Shown: positions 26,839-36,658 of the stretch, one piece after another
Numbering within the stretch: position 1 is the stretch's first letter
Layout of the letters: the number at the start of each line of letters is the position of its first letter
Assembly: GCA_030621655.1 (NCBI GenBank)
Contig: JAUXHH010000001.1
Location: 1-42,389 of the forward strand
DNA length: 42,389 nucleotides
Direction: 5' to 3'
Source: Desulfobacterales bacterium
GTDB taxonomy: Bacteria; Desulfobacterota; Desulfobulbia; Desulfobulbales; BM004
Made by a program: the position numbers and the translations under genes
Notes under the pieces: generated by a model
Told to the model about the DNA's origin: nothing
Databases searched by the model: none
The model's input: only the letters and a program-made list of their open reading frames with translations

Positions 26839-27426
26839 TTATTTTACCAAAACAAGGTCATCTCTTCGGTTCTGGGCCCACGATAACTCATCATGCCCAT
26901 ACAGTAAGGGCTTTTCCTCTCCATAACTTATGGTATGCAGACGATCACTGTGAATTCCGAGATTGACCAGATATTTTTTTGCATTGATTGATCTGCGCTC
27001 GCCAAGGGCCATATTATATTCACTGGTTCCCCGTTCATCACAGTTCCCTTCAATGCGAACCTTAACAGCCTTATTCTGTTTTAAATAGTCAGCATTTTTC
27101 TCAAGACGGGTGCGCTGGTCCTGCCTGATATTTGACTTATCAAAATCAAAGTAAACTGGAAGCAATGGTGCAGAAGTCCTTCCTTCAAGGATCTCGTGTT
27201 CTTTATCCATCGAAGCTGCCTGGGCATCCAGAGATTCCTGTTTTGCCGCCATACTCTCTTCATATATTTTTTCATAGCCGGGTTCACCAGGCTGTGGTGC
27301 TCTCTCTTCAGTAGCTGCCCCCATTTCTTCCTCAGCAGTTACTTTCTTCTTAGCGCAGCCGCCCACACTCAATGCAAGCCCAAACGCTATTGTCACAATC
27401 AGTACCAACAACAATGTTTTTCTCAT
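26839..27426 (-). CDS. pal: Peptidoglycan-associated lipoprotein (OmpA family)
   Basis: Lipobox LSVGGC and a C-terminal OmpA-like domain (VRIEGNCDERGTSEYNMALGERR). Start set at the ATG preceded by GGGAGGAG; the ORF-track start adds 25 residues. Confidence 0.9.
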   Translation of the reverse strand: MRKTLLLVLIVTIAFGLALSVGGCAKKKVTAEEEMGAATEERAPQPGEPGYEKIYEESMAAKQESLDAQAASMDKEHEILEGRTSAPLLPVYFDFDKSNIRQDQRTRLEKNADYLKQNKAVKVRIEGNCDERGTSEYNMALGERRSINAKKYLVNLGIHSDRLHTISYGEEKPLLYGHDELSWAQNRRDDLVLVK

Positions 27427-27825
27427 TTTCTCCTCCCTTGGGAATATTATCTCAACAACATAAAGTACAATAGCAAAACACCTACACAATTTCCTTTTCA
27501 TTTAGTCTATTTTTTCAACTATTTCCATAGGAACCTTTAACTGATTATCATTCTATATGGAATACGTTTAAAAAATATAACTACCTAAAAAGATTTCAAG
27601 CCCAATTAGGCTCGGCAAAATATCTACGTTCGGTATTCTTTTAGAAAACCACAAAGCACCTTATAGAAAAGTTGCTTTAGATTCAATATTTTTTTACTCC
27701 CAATCCATTTTATAAAAATTTTACACAACTAAAATTAAAGCCTTTCATAATGTACTAAGTAATTTTATACTCACGTATATTTAGCGAAAACACTTTAAAA
27801 AACAACCCGTAAATTTTCTATTGAT

Positions 27826-30036
27826 ATGCAAAATCAATATCACGATACTCTCGTTGACCAAAAAACGATGCTCGACAATATGGTCGCCCAAAGCCCTTTC
27901 GGCAGTTTTTTCGGCATTTCTCAAAAAGCGTTCGACCTCGTTTGGTCCAAACTTACTGCGAAAGACGGCGACTCTGCAGTTTATGTCAGTATGGAAATTG
28001 GAGCTGACCTGGATGTTTTCAATCCAGTTAAAAACTATTTGTTGCAAAATGAAATAACCGACAGCAATGATCCTGTCCTGAGTTCATTTATCAATAAAAC
28101 GCTGCATGGCTCCCCTAAAATCCCAAACTATGGCGGTGGTCTTGGTATTCTGGCCGGGGATACCCTGAAGAGTTTTTCTGCATGTCATATTCCTGTCGCT
28201 GCAATTTCATTGCTTTACAGAAAGGGCTACTTCTCACAACTTGTTGACTCCAAAGTGGGCCAGATAAGCTGGTCAACGGAATGGTCCCCGGAAGACACCC
28301 CCGGTCTCTACCTGTTAAAAAATCCAGAATATCCTGACAGGCAACTCATTATAGAAATCCCCTTCTTTGATGGGCAGGGAAAAGCGGTTATGGCCTATGC
28401 CCAGATCTGGATGAAACTTGAGGTTAATGAAAATCTTGATTTTTTTGTGCCGGAATTTCTCCTCGATTTCAGTTTGCCGGAATCTCCGGAGTGGATACGT
28501 AATGCCTCCAATCATCTTTATGACAGCAGCTCCGAACAGATGAAGGCAATACAGCGTCGCATGTTAGGTGCCGGGGTTATGCCTCTTATGGACATTTTGG
28601 GCCTCACAGCAAACACCATACATCTTAACGAACAGCATGGTGTTGTCTCAGTACTCAACCTCATTGCCGATCATCTCCTACAAAAGCATGGGATAAATTA
28701 TCAGGAAAATGTTAAAGATTCAGATATATTAGAAGCGGCTCAAAAAGTATCTCAAAGGGTCGTTTATACCATACACACACCAGTTAAAGCAGGTCATGAC
28801 CGCTTTGAAAAATCTCTTTATGCAGGCTTAAGCCAAGCAGTCTGCAAGAAAATTCTTGGCCTTCTTGCCAAAGATAAAGATAATCCCTCACTCTATAATT
28901 TCACCCAATTTGCCATGCAGGTGAACAGAGCTGTCAACAGTGTCAGCAGGCTGCACCGTGATGTCACCAAAAAACAGTTCCCGCAATATGCTGAGAAAAT
29001 TACCGCCATAACCAATGGTGTTCATCATCTCACCTGGATAAGTGACGCTAAAGCTGAAGTTTTTGACAGTTTCCCGGAGCTGCAAGGTTGGCGCCAGAAT
29101 CCCGCAGTCTTTGTCAGTGCAGAATCTCTTCTAACAAACAAAAAATTTCGCACTTACCTCGAGCAGGCATGGCAGCATGATACAGAGATACTCATTCAGT
29201 ATGTAAACAACATGCTTGTTATGCATAGACACCAGATTGAAGAAACCTGGATAGATCCACCAAATTTTCTGTCCCTCCTGCATGAGGAGGATATTCCGCT
29301 TACCCCGACTGTCTTTACAATTGGTTTCGCCCGTCGTTTTTCAACCTATAAACGTGCCGACCTCATTTTTGACGACGTTAAGACCCTCACTTCAATTATC
29401 ACTGACCTTGACTATCCTGTAAATTTTCTTTTTGCCGGTAAAGCACATCCTGCCGATGAGCCGGGAAAGTCACTTATCAAGATTATTCTTGATATGCAGG
29501 AAGAGTTGTATGAACGAAGCAATGGATTGGCCAAGCTGGTATTCATCCCTAATTATGACATGGCCATTGCCAAAATGATGGTTTCCGGTGTCCATGCCTG
29601 GTTGAATAGTCCCAAACGTCCATTGGAGGCAAGCGGAACCAGCGGCATGAAAGTTGCCATGAACGGCATACCTAATATCAGTATTCTTGATGGGTGGTGG
29701 ATGGAGGGTTTTCATGACGGGAAGACCGGTTGGAAATTCGGCCTCGATACTCCGGTTGATACTGAGCCTCTGAGTGAAGATCCTGCAGCACTTCTTTACG
29801 AGCAGGATTCTGCCTCATTTTATAAGATGTTCCCCCAGGTTCTCAAAGAATTCTATGACCAGAAATTAAGACCCCGATATATTGATAAGTGCATCAATAA
29901 TATTTTCCTCAATGTACCTATTTTCAACACACACAGGATGATTGCCGAGTACTGTCGAAACTATGCCCTCACTCTTCCATCCCCGGTGGAGAAAAGAATC
30001 AAACGGTTTCAAAAACTATATAAAAGCGAAATTTGA
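27826..30036 (+). CDS. glgP: Alpha-glucan phosphorylase (GT35, short alpha-glucan family type)
   Basis: GGGLGILAGD, HLNEQH and the PLP-lysine context EASGTSGMKVAMNG. Confidence 0.9.
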   Translation: MQNQYHDTLVDQKTMLDNMVAQSPFGSFFGISQKAFDLVWSKLTAKDGDSAVYVSMEIGADLDVFNPVKNYLLQNEITDSNDPVLSSFINKTLHGSPKIPNYGGGLGILAGDTLKSFSACHIPVAAISLLYRKGYFSQLVDSKVGQISWSTEWSPEDTPGLYLLKNPEYPDRQLIIEIPFFDGQGKAVMAYAQIWMKLEVNENLDFFVPEFLLDFSLPESPEWIRNASNHLYDSSSEQMKAIQRRMLGAGVMPLMDILGLTANTIHLNEQHGVVSVLNLIADHLLQKHGINYQENVKDSDILEAAQKVSQRVVYTIHTPVKAGHDRFEKSLYAGLSQAVCKKILGLLAKDKDNPSLYNFTQFAMQVNRAVNSVSRLHRDVTKKQFPQYAEKITAITNGVHHLTWISDAKAEVFDSFPELQGWRQNPAVFVSAESLLTNKKFRTYLEQAWQHDTEILIQYVNNMLVMHRHQIEETWIDPPNFLSLLHEEDIPLTPTVFTIGFARRFSTYKRADLIFDDVKTLTSIITDLDYPVNFLFAGKAHPADEPGKSLIKIILDMQEELYERSNGLAKLVFIPNYDMAIAKMMVSGVHAWLNSPKRPLEASGTSGMKVAMNGIPNISILDGWWMEGFHDGKTGWKFGLDTPVDTEPLSEDPAALLYEQDSASFYKMFPQVLKEFYDQKLRPRYIDKCINNIFLNVPIFNTHRMIAEYCRNYALTLPSPVEKRIKRFQKLYKSEI

Positions 30037-30073
30037 TATATTCAGATTAAGCAGCTATGTCAACCATGCTATC

Positions 30074-31537
30074 CTAAAAAGTAGACATGCCAGTTGCCTC
30101 CATCCAACGATACATTATCTGACGGGAAAAAGATTTGTCAGCATAATCAATATAATCAACACTGAATTTTTTCCTGTCCGTATTATTCCACAGCAAATCG
30201 ATATACTTTCTAATATCCATAAATAAAGCTGTGGTTGTAGGCCCGTATACCGCAATATCTGTTTCCAGATTTAGATTATTAAGATTTCTCCTTGTAAAGT
30301 TTGCCGATCCCAATATAACCATGCTTTGCCCTTGCTTGTATTCCACCAAAAGCATCTTGGCATGTGACTGTTCTCCATGTGTATTGCTCCACCTGACAGG
30401 AATCCCCAGCTTAACCAGTTCATCAGCGACCTGCCTGTTGGGGATGCCATTTTTCACTCTGCCAAATGCATCCTTATTAGGGTCAAGAAGAACCTGAACT
30501 GCTGCACTTCGGTTGTAGGCCTTCTTCAGAGCAAAAATAATATTCCTATCTGAAAGGTAGAACGCTATAATTGTTAGTTTGTCTCCAGCACCTGCCTGAT
30601 TTAAAGCAGTGATCAGAACATCCTTAATTTTGCTTTCACTTAATATCTGAACCGTTGTTTCTGTCGCTGCACTTTTCAACTTCATAGTAGTATTAAAAGG
30701 CAAAGTAGGCCCTCCGGAAAAATCAAGTACTGCCTTTTCACTTTGTAAAAGGTCAATTACTGCCTGGCCTTTAAAGTAAATTGCCACATTTCCGTGGGCA
30801 CTGCTCCCGTCATGCGGGTTAGCAGAAGTTACTAATGCGGAATATTCGCCTGCAGCATCACAAATAATAACTTTGCGATGATTGGCCTTAAAATTAAACA
30901 TGGTCAAGTAACTGCGCAGAGAAACACGGCCTTTTCCGAACGGATTTGGCAAAAGAAAACCGGGGCTGTTTCCAAAAGATTTTACAAAGATACGCCAAAA
31001 AGCTGAATAGATAGGATTACTGTCTCGCAACCGATCAAGTTTAGTAAATATCACCTGGATATTTTCTGCTTCCATTCTCTTAAAGTAAGGATTTATAATG
31101 CCGTTATAGACTGTATTTATGGGATCTGTAATTACAACTATCACCATTTCAGGATATTTTATTTTCCTGGCCACAAGGGCATCTGTAATTTCCTGCGCAA
31201 GCCTGCGGTAGGGTGCCTGTTCTTTGCCAATAAAATCATTGAAAAGAAACATATCGAGCACAACAAGACGCCTGGCGCCATTAATCATGTTGAGAACCTT
31301 GTCAAAAATTTCCTGTTGTGAATGACGACTCCCCTCTGCATCAACCCACGTCAGGTCCTTGTAAAAGGCAATTTCGTCAACTGGCCTAATCTGACCAGCA
31401 AAAGAAATCCCTTCCGGTAAAGGCTTATAGGCATTATAACCTCCTACACCAACCAGAAGACATGTGCCAATGAATACCAGGATAAGAAGAAAGCGTAGGC
31501 GTATTTTTTTCGAAATTTGAAAAATGCGTATGCTCAT
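30074..31537 (-). CDS. Phospholipase D-family membrane-anchored protein (two HKD motifs)
   Basis: N-terminal TM helix. HKD-like motifs HRKVIICD...TSANP and HAKMLLVE...GSANFTRRN. Confidence 0.8.
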   Translation of the reverse strand: MSIRIFQISKKIRLRFLLILVFIGTCLLVGVGGYNAYKPLPEGISFAGQIRPVDEIAFYKDLTWVDAEGSRHSQQEIFDKVLNMINGARRLVVLDMFLFNDFIGKEQAPYRRLAQEITDALVARKIKYPEMVIVVITDPINTVYNGIINPYFKRMEAENIQVIFTKLDRLRDSNPIYSAFWRIFVKSFGNSPGFLLPNPFGKGRVSLRSYLTMFNFKANHRKVIICDAAGEYSALVTSANPHDGSSAHGNVAIYFKGQAVIDLLQSEKAVLDFSGGPTLPFNTTMKLKSAATETTVQILSESKIKDVLITALNQAGAGDKLTIIAFYLSDRNIIFALKKAYNRSAAVQVLLDPNKDAFGRVKNGIPNRQVADELVKLGIPVRWSNTHGEQSHAKMLLVEYKQGQSMVILGSANFTRRNLNNLNLETDIAVYGPTTTALFMDIRKYIDLLWNNTDRKKFSVDYIDYADKSFSRQIMYRWMEATGMSTF

Positions 31538-31645
31538 TTTGTCACCTTGCTAAATTACAAATTGTTTTAAAGGTCCACATTGCCCAAATGTTGCCTTTTA
31601 GCAACCTCCATCCGGGTCAAGGTGTCCAATGAAAATGTGAATTAC

Positions 31646-31900
31646 TTATCTGTTTTGAATCTCCAACCACGAAATTACTGCTTCGGATAATTCTTCTTCC
31701 GATGATTTAAATGCATGATTTGCGTTAGGTATTATTTTTTGTTGGTAATTTGCTGAGATTAGCCGTTTTCTCTTTTGAGCATGCATTGCATCATCATATT
31801 TACCAAACTCCGGATATATATCTAAAATCGGTATAAAAACACTTGAAAGATTTTTATAACAATCGAGTTGACCTTCTATAAAAAAACCAACATTTGCAAC
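31646..31900 (-). pseudogene. Possible remnant of a hydrolase C-terminus (no start codon)
   Basis: An 84-codon open frame, VANVGFFIEGQLDCYKNLSSVFIPILDIYPEFGKYDDAMHAQKRKRLISANYQQKIIPNANHAFKSSEEELSEAVISWLEIQNR*. It is bounded upstream by TAG, and the first possible start is an internal Met. It loosely resembles the end of alpha/beta hydrolases. Confidence 0.3.
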
Positions 31901-32025
31901 CTAGTACTTTCCTGCCATCCAATTGGTGTTGATCTGGCATCACAGACCCTGTAGCTTACTATTTGAATACAAAAACAAATCATTTTACAAGGGAGATTGC
32001 TACCTGCTGATATAAAAAAATCCCA

Positions 32026-34656
32026 ATGCAAAAGCTCCCATGCCGCCAGCATCAACTACTTTCCCTTTCCCCGGGACTTATCACCGCAGTCGTCTTCTTT
32101 GCTTCAGGTATTTGTTGGACCAGGCCCTTAATACTAAGGGATCAGTTTCAGCTGTATAGTATATTATTGTTGTTATTATTAATTTTTGTTTTCTATAAAT
32201 TTAAAGCAAAATGGCATTGCTTTTTTTTCTATTCCCTTCTTGGCCTTCTTTTTTTTCTTATAGGGCATCATCATGTCCAACCACATTTAACCCCACCTGC
32301 AAACCCACATCACATTTTTAATCAAATCACAGAGCAGCAAACTGCAAGTCTTTACGGTGTTTTGGCTGAACATCCGGCAGTGAGCAACTTGCCGTCAGGC
32401 CCCAAAACCCGACTCCTGATGCAGGTAAAATCTTTCCACCAGGCTTCAACCTTGAAACATGAGGCAATAAAACACAAAAAAACATCAGGCCTTATACTGC
32501 TGACTCTGAAAGGATTGATTCCAGATGAACTGAAACCGGGCGACCATTTTCTTGTCAAAACAAAGATATCTCCGGTGAACACATTTTCCACTCCCGGCTC
32601 CTTTAACTATAAAAAACATCTTGCAAACCAATCGATATTTCTCAAGGGGTGGATAGATTCTCCCAGTAATATCATAAAGGTCCAGACAGTCGAATCTTCA
32701 GCCCATCTTTTTGAAATTGCCCCGTTGCTCTATTTCCCCGAATGTATACGTCATCACATTGCCAACTTTATCGATAAGACTCTTACACAACCTGCAAGAG
32801 GCTTATATAAAGCTATCCTGATCGGCGACCGAAGCGATATACCACCTTCTGTGCTTGAGAGTTTCATCAATGCCGGCTGTATTCATATCCTGGCAATCTC
32901 TGGAATGCATATGGGGCTCCTGGCTATTATCACTATAGCCGTCTTGACCTGGCTGCTTAAACGATCAACCTGGCTCCTGCTCCATGCAAATGTACGTAAG
33001 ATTGCTGTCACCATTGCTCTCCTTCCATTGATCGTTTATGCCCTTATTGCAGGTTTCAACATCCCGGTGCTTCGCGCCCTTCTCATGACGACAGTCTTCA
33101 TTTTCGCAATCATTTTCGATCGACCTGGAAACCTTATGAATCACATTCTCCTCGCCGCTCTTCTGATCCTGGCATGGAAACCAACAGCAATTTTCACAGC
33201 CTCTTTCCAGCTTTCCTTCAGTGCAGTTATATCCATAGCCCTTATTTACCCCTTGCTCTTCTACTTCCTCTTCCAAAATTCACCGGATTCTTTGTCAGGC
33301 ATCACAAAAATCGATCGAGTTTCAAAAATGTCTATTACTCAAACAAAATTTGCATTCCCAACAAAATTTCTTAAATGGCTTTTTGCTGCAGTTGCACTAA
33401 CAACAGCAGCTATGCTCGGGACTTTCCCCCTGCTCCTTTTTCACTTTAACAGGATCTCGATGGTTGCCCCATTTACCAATTTATTAGTAGAGCCTCTCAT
33501 ATGTTTCTGGTCTCTTGTTGTCGGAATTATTGCCAGTTTTTTTATCCCTTTGGCGCCGACCATGGCCGGGATTCTTTTAAAGGCAGGCAGTTTCGGCCTT
33601 ATTCTTTCCGAAAAAATTTGCACATTCTTTGCAGCACTGCCTTTTGCCTCACTACGGCTTCCAACTCCATCAATAATGGAAATTACTCTCTTCTATATTT
33701 TAATTCTTAGCATTATATTGACGTTTCACCTGCAGACAACCCGCAAACGTCTTTCGATTCTCATTGCTCTATTCTCTTTTTTCTGTCTTCTGGCAGCTCC
33801 CGCAATCTCTAAAATCTCCAATCAGTTCTCCACATCAACTTCAGTATCTATCCTTGATGTTGGTCACGGGTCCGCAGTTGTCTTGCAATTGCCCTACAAT
33901 AAAAATATTTTAGTTGACGGTGGAGGAGCAGCGAGCGACAATTTCAATATTGGTGAAAGGGTAATAGGACCTTTTCTCTGGAATAAACAACTCAGCCATC
34001 TTGATGCTGTTATTATCAGTCATCCCCACGCAGACCACTACAATGGCCTACCATTTATATTAACCCATTTTCACCCCAAAGAATTATGGGTGAACGGCAT
34101 GACCGGTCATGAGCCGGAATACCGGGAACTTCTTAACTTGGCCACCAAGCTGAACATCGCAATCAAGATTCCCATAACAGATGAGATATTATTTCAGAGT
34201 GGCAAGACACGCCTTCTCTGTGTGCATAATCGCATCCCGGCTGAATATTCTTCAAACAGAACGCCGTTCTCTTCTCCAACCCAGAGACCTAATACAAATG
34301 ATATGAGTATAGTGCTCAGGCTTGAAACTGCAGACAATTCATTCCTTTTCCCGGCAGACATCAGTGCCACAATGGCAAATACCCTGGTATCTGAAAGGAG
34401 AAACATACAGGCGGATATACTCCTGGCGCCACATCATGGCAGCAGGTCATCAATGAGCTTGGATTTTATTGAAACAGTTGCTCCGAAATATATAGCTATT
34501 TCTGCAGGTCGAAACAATCCATTCAATTTTCCTGACAAATCCATCTTTGATCTGCAGCAAAAAGGAATACAAATTTTGACCACCGGCAGGGATGGCACTC
34601 TGACATTTACTGAAGAAGACAAAAAATTAGTTATGAGCAGGTATCAGATTAACTGA
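32026..34656 (+). CDS. comEC: DNA internalisation-related competence protein ComEC/Rec2
   Basis: Polytopic competence domain (HILAISGMHMG) and a C-terminal metallo-beta-lactamase domain (ISHPHADHYNG), 876 aa. Confidence 0.9.
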   Translation: MQKLPCRQHQLLSLSPGLITAVVFFASGICWTRPLILRDQFQLYSILLLLLLIFVFYKFKAKWHCFFFYSLLGLLFFLIGHHHVQPHLTPPANPHHIFNQITEQQTASLYGVLAEHPAVSNLPSGPKTRLLMQVKSFHQASTLKHEAIKHKKTSGLILLTLKGLIPDELKPGDHFLVKTKISPVNTFSTPGSFNYKKHLANQSIFLKGWIDSPSNIIKVQTVESSAHLFEIAPLLYFPECIRHHIANFIDKTLTQPARGLYKAILIGDRSDIPPSVLESFINAGCIHILAISGMHMGLLAIITIAVLTWLLKRSTWLLLHANVRKIAVTIALLPLIVYALIAGFNIPVLRALLMTTVFIFAIIFDRPGNLMNHILLAALLILAWKPTAIFTASFQLSFSAVISIALIYPLLFYFLFQNSPDSLSGITKIDRVSKMSITQTKFAFPTKFLKWLFAAVALTTAAMLGTFPLLLFHFNRISMVAPFTNLLVEPLICFWSLVVGIIASFFIPLAPTMAGILLKAGSFGLILSEKICTFFAALPFASLRLPTPSIMEITLFYILILSIILTFHLQTTRKRLSILIALFSFFCLLAAPAISKISNQFSTSTSVSILDVGHGSAVVLQLPYNKNILVDGGGAASDNFNIGERVIGPFLWNKQLSHLDAVIISHPHADHYNGLPFILTHFHPKELWVNGMTGHEPEYRELLNLATKLNIAIKIPITDEILFQSGKTRLLCVHNRIPAEYSSNRTPFSSPTQRPNTNDMSIVLRLETADNSFLFPADISATMANTLVSERRNIQADILLAPHHGSRSSMSLDFIETVAPKYIAISAGRNNPFNFPDKSIFDLQQKGIQILTTGRDGTLTFTEEDKKLVMSRYQIN

Positions 34657-34663
34657 TACCTGC
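34637..34663. terminator. Hairpin between convergent comEC and pilT (11-bp perfect stem)
   Basis: GCAGGTATCAG, loop ATTAA, CTGATACCTGC, followed by TTT. It overlaps the comEC stop codon. Confidence 0.7.
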
Positions 34664-34675
34664 TTTAGGAATGTT

Positions 34676-35758
34676 CTATACTTCGGTGAAATCAATTGGT
34701 GGCTTTTTCAAAAATCCGACAAACTTCGCTTTTTCCGTAGAATACATGTAGGCATCTTCAGGACTGATCCATGTCTTTTTCAGAAGATCCATAATGGCAT
34801 CATCCAGGGTCTGCATACCGTATTTTTTACCAGTCTGCATGGCTGAAGGTATCTGGAAGGTTTTAGCCTCCCTGATCAGGTTACGCACAGCTGCCGTACA
34901 GATGAGTATCTCCAATGCGGCCACCCTTCCTTTAATATCACGCCGTTTAAAGAGAGTTTGCGAAAGCACAGCGCGCAAGGCATCGGCCAAAGTCGAACGA
35001 ACCTGTTCCTGCTGAGATGCTGGAAAAATTTCTATCATACGGTCCACAGTTTTTGAGGCATTCAAGGTATGGAGGGTGGCAAAGACCAGGTGACCGGTCA
35101 TGGCCGCTTCCATGGAAAGTGCTACTGTTTCGAGATCACGCATCTCGCCCACCAGGATAATATCCGGGTCTTCACGCAATGCACCGCGTAACGCTGCGGC
35201 AAAACTTCTGGTATGTGTGCCCACTTCCCTGTGATTTATGATAGCCTTCTGCGGGACATGAACAAACTCTATGGGATCCTCGACTGTGAGAATATGATGC
35301 TTACGTGTCCTGTTGGCCTCATCAACAATGGCAGCCAGAGTGGTTGACTTACCGCTGCCTGTCGGACCGGTTACAACAACCATACCTTTGGGCAATTGTG
35401 AAAGTTTACCGACAACACTTGGCATCAAAAGCTGATCGCAGGTCAGAATTTTACTGGGTATTTCACGAAATACTGCCCCGACACCATTCTTCTGTTCAAA
35501 AAAGTTGCAACGATACCTGGCAAGGTTTGGTATTTCATACCCGAAATCCATATCGCCTGTCTCTTCAAAGACCTTAATTTTTTCTTCAGGACATATCTCA
35601 TAGAGCATGGCCTTCAAGGCTTCGTTACCCATGACCTTATACTTGACAGGTTCCATCTCCCCCCTGATCCTCAAAATTGGCGGCATACCAGCCATCATAT
35701 GGAGGTCGGAGGCTCCCTGCTCATTCATAAGCTTGAAAAAGGCATCAATTTGCGCCAT
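34676..35758 (-). CDS. pilT: Type IV pilus retraction ATPase PilT
   Basis: ASDLHM, Walker A GPTGSGKST, ILVGEMRD, and the size and C-terminal pattern of PilT. Confidence 0.93.
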   Translation of the reverse strand: MAQIDAFFKLMNEQGASDLHMMAGMPPILRIRGEMEPVKYKVMGNEALKAMLYEICPEEKIKVFEETGDMDFGYEIPNLARYRCNFFEQKNGVGAVFREIPSKILTCDQLLMPSVVGKLSQLPKGMVVVTGPTGSGKSTTLAAIVDEANRTRKHHILTVEDPIEFVHVPQKAIINHREVGTHTRSFAAALRGALREDPDIILVGEMRDLETVALSMEAAMTGHLVFATLHTLNASKTVDRMIEIFPASQQEQVRSTLADALRAVLSQTLFKRRDIKGRVAALEILICTAAVRNLIREAKTFQIPSAMQTGKKYGMQTLDDAIMDLLKKTWISPEDAYMYSTEKAKFVGFLKKPPIDFTEV

Positions 35759-35917
35759 CTAAAATCTCCTTTGAATATTGTTTGGTGAACAATTAAACTT
35801 AAAATTTTCTGATTTAGAATATACAAAAAACATGTGAGTTCAGCAATTAATGTAACAACTAAAAAGAGAAATTTAATATCTTATAGGACCAGCAATATAC
35901 ACAAAATTCAAAAAGTA

Positions 35918-36634
35918 TTAGAGAATAACAGTTTTTTTGATGTACGACACGATTTCCGTCGGATCATCTATTACATTAAATATCATCATATCGTCGTTGT
36001 CCACTTTATTTGTTGACAGTATTCTTTCCTTGATCCAATCAAGAAGACCAGACCAGTATTCAGTACCAACCAATATTACCGGAAAAGGTTTTATTCTTTT
36101 AGTCTGGATCAAAGTCAGTGCCTCAAACACCTCATCCAAAGTGCCAAAACCACCCGGCATGCAAATAAATGCCATGGCATACTTGTTAAACATTACCTTG
36201 CGCACAAAAAAATACTTAAAACTTAAAGGCAGGTTGGTAAAGATGTTAGGAGCCTGTTCAAAGGGAAGATCTATATTCAGACCAACTGAAGTGCCGCCTG
36301 CCCCGGCTGCACCCTTATTTGCAGCTTCCATAATTCCCGGCCCACCGCCGGTAATTACTGTGTAGCCCTGATTGGCCAACTCAGCGGCAATCTGTACTGT
36401 CAGTTCATAATAAGGATCCTCAGGAGCAGTACGCGCAGAACCAAAAAATGACACGGCCGGGCCTTTTATCCCGGACAGGGTGTCAAAGCCTTCCACAAAT
36501 TCGGCCATAATCCTGAAAAGCCGCCAGGAATCGCCCGCATTAAAATAATCGAGCCAATACTGATGCTGCAGATCAGTTGTGCGCCTACTGGTATCTCCTC
36601 CATATTCACTGTTATCTGAACGCCTGTGTGTCAA
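35918..36634 (-). CDS. LOG-family (TIGR00730) Rossmann-fold nucleotide-binding protein
   Basis: GGGPGIMEAANKGA and PGGFGTLDE motifs. The annotated start is a TTG and is uncertain. Confidence 0.85.
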   Translation of the reverse strand: MTHRRSDNSEYGGDTSRRTTDLQHQYWLDYFNAGDSWRLFRIMAEFVEGFDTLSGIKGPAVSFFGSARTAPEDPYYELTVQIAAELANQGYTVITGGGPGIMEAANKGAAGAGGTSVGLNIDLPFEQAPNIFTNLPLSFKYFFVRKVMFNKYAMAFICMPGGFGTLDEVFEALTLIQTKRIKPFPVILVGTEYWSGLLDWIKERILSTNKVDNDDMMIFNVIDDPTEIVSYIKKTVIL

Positions 36635-36658
36635 TTTCCACCTCTTCTATTAATTTAC

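Noticed and set aside
31642-31651. The 10-mer GATAAGTAAT (minus strand), shared with GGTGA-element copy A.
   Set aside because: A single 10-nt match in an 85-kb two-strand search space is within chance expectation, and the flanking sequence does not match.
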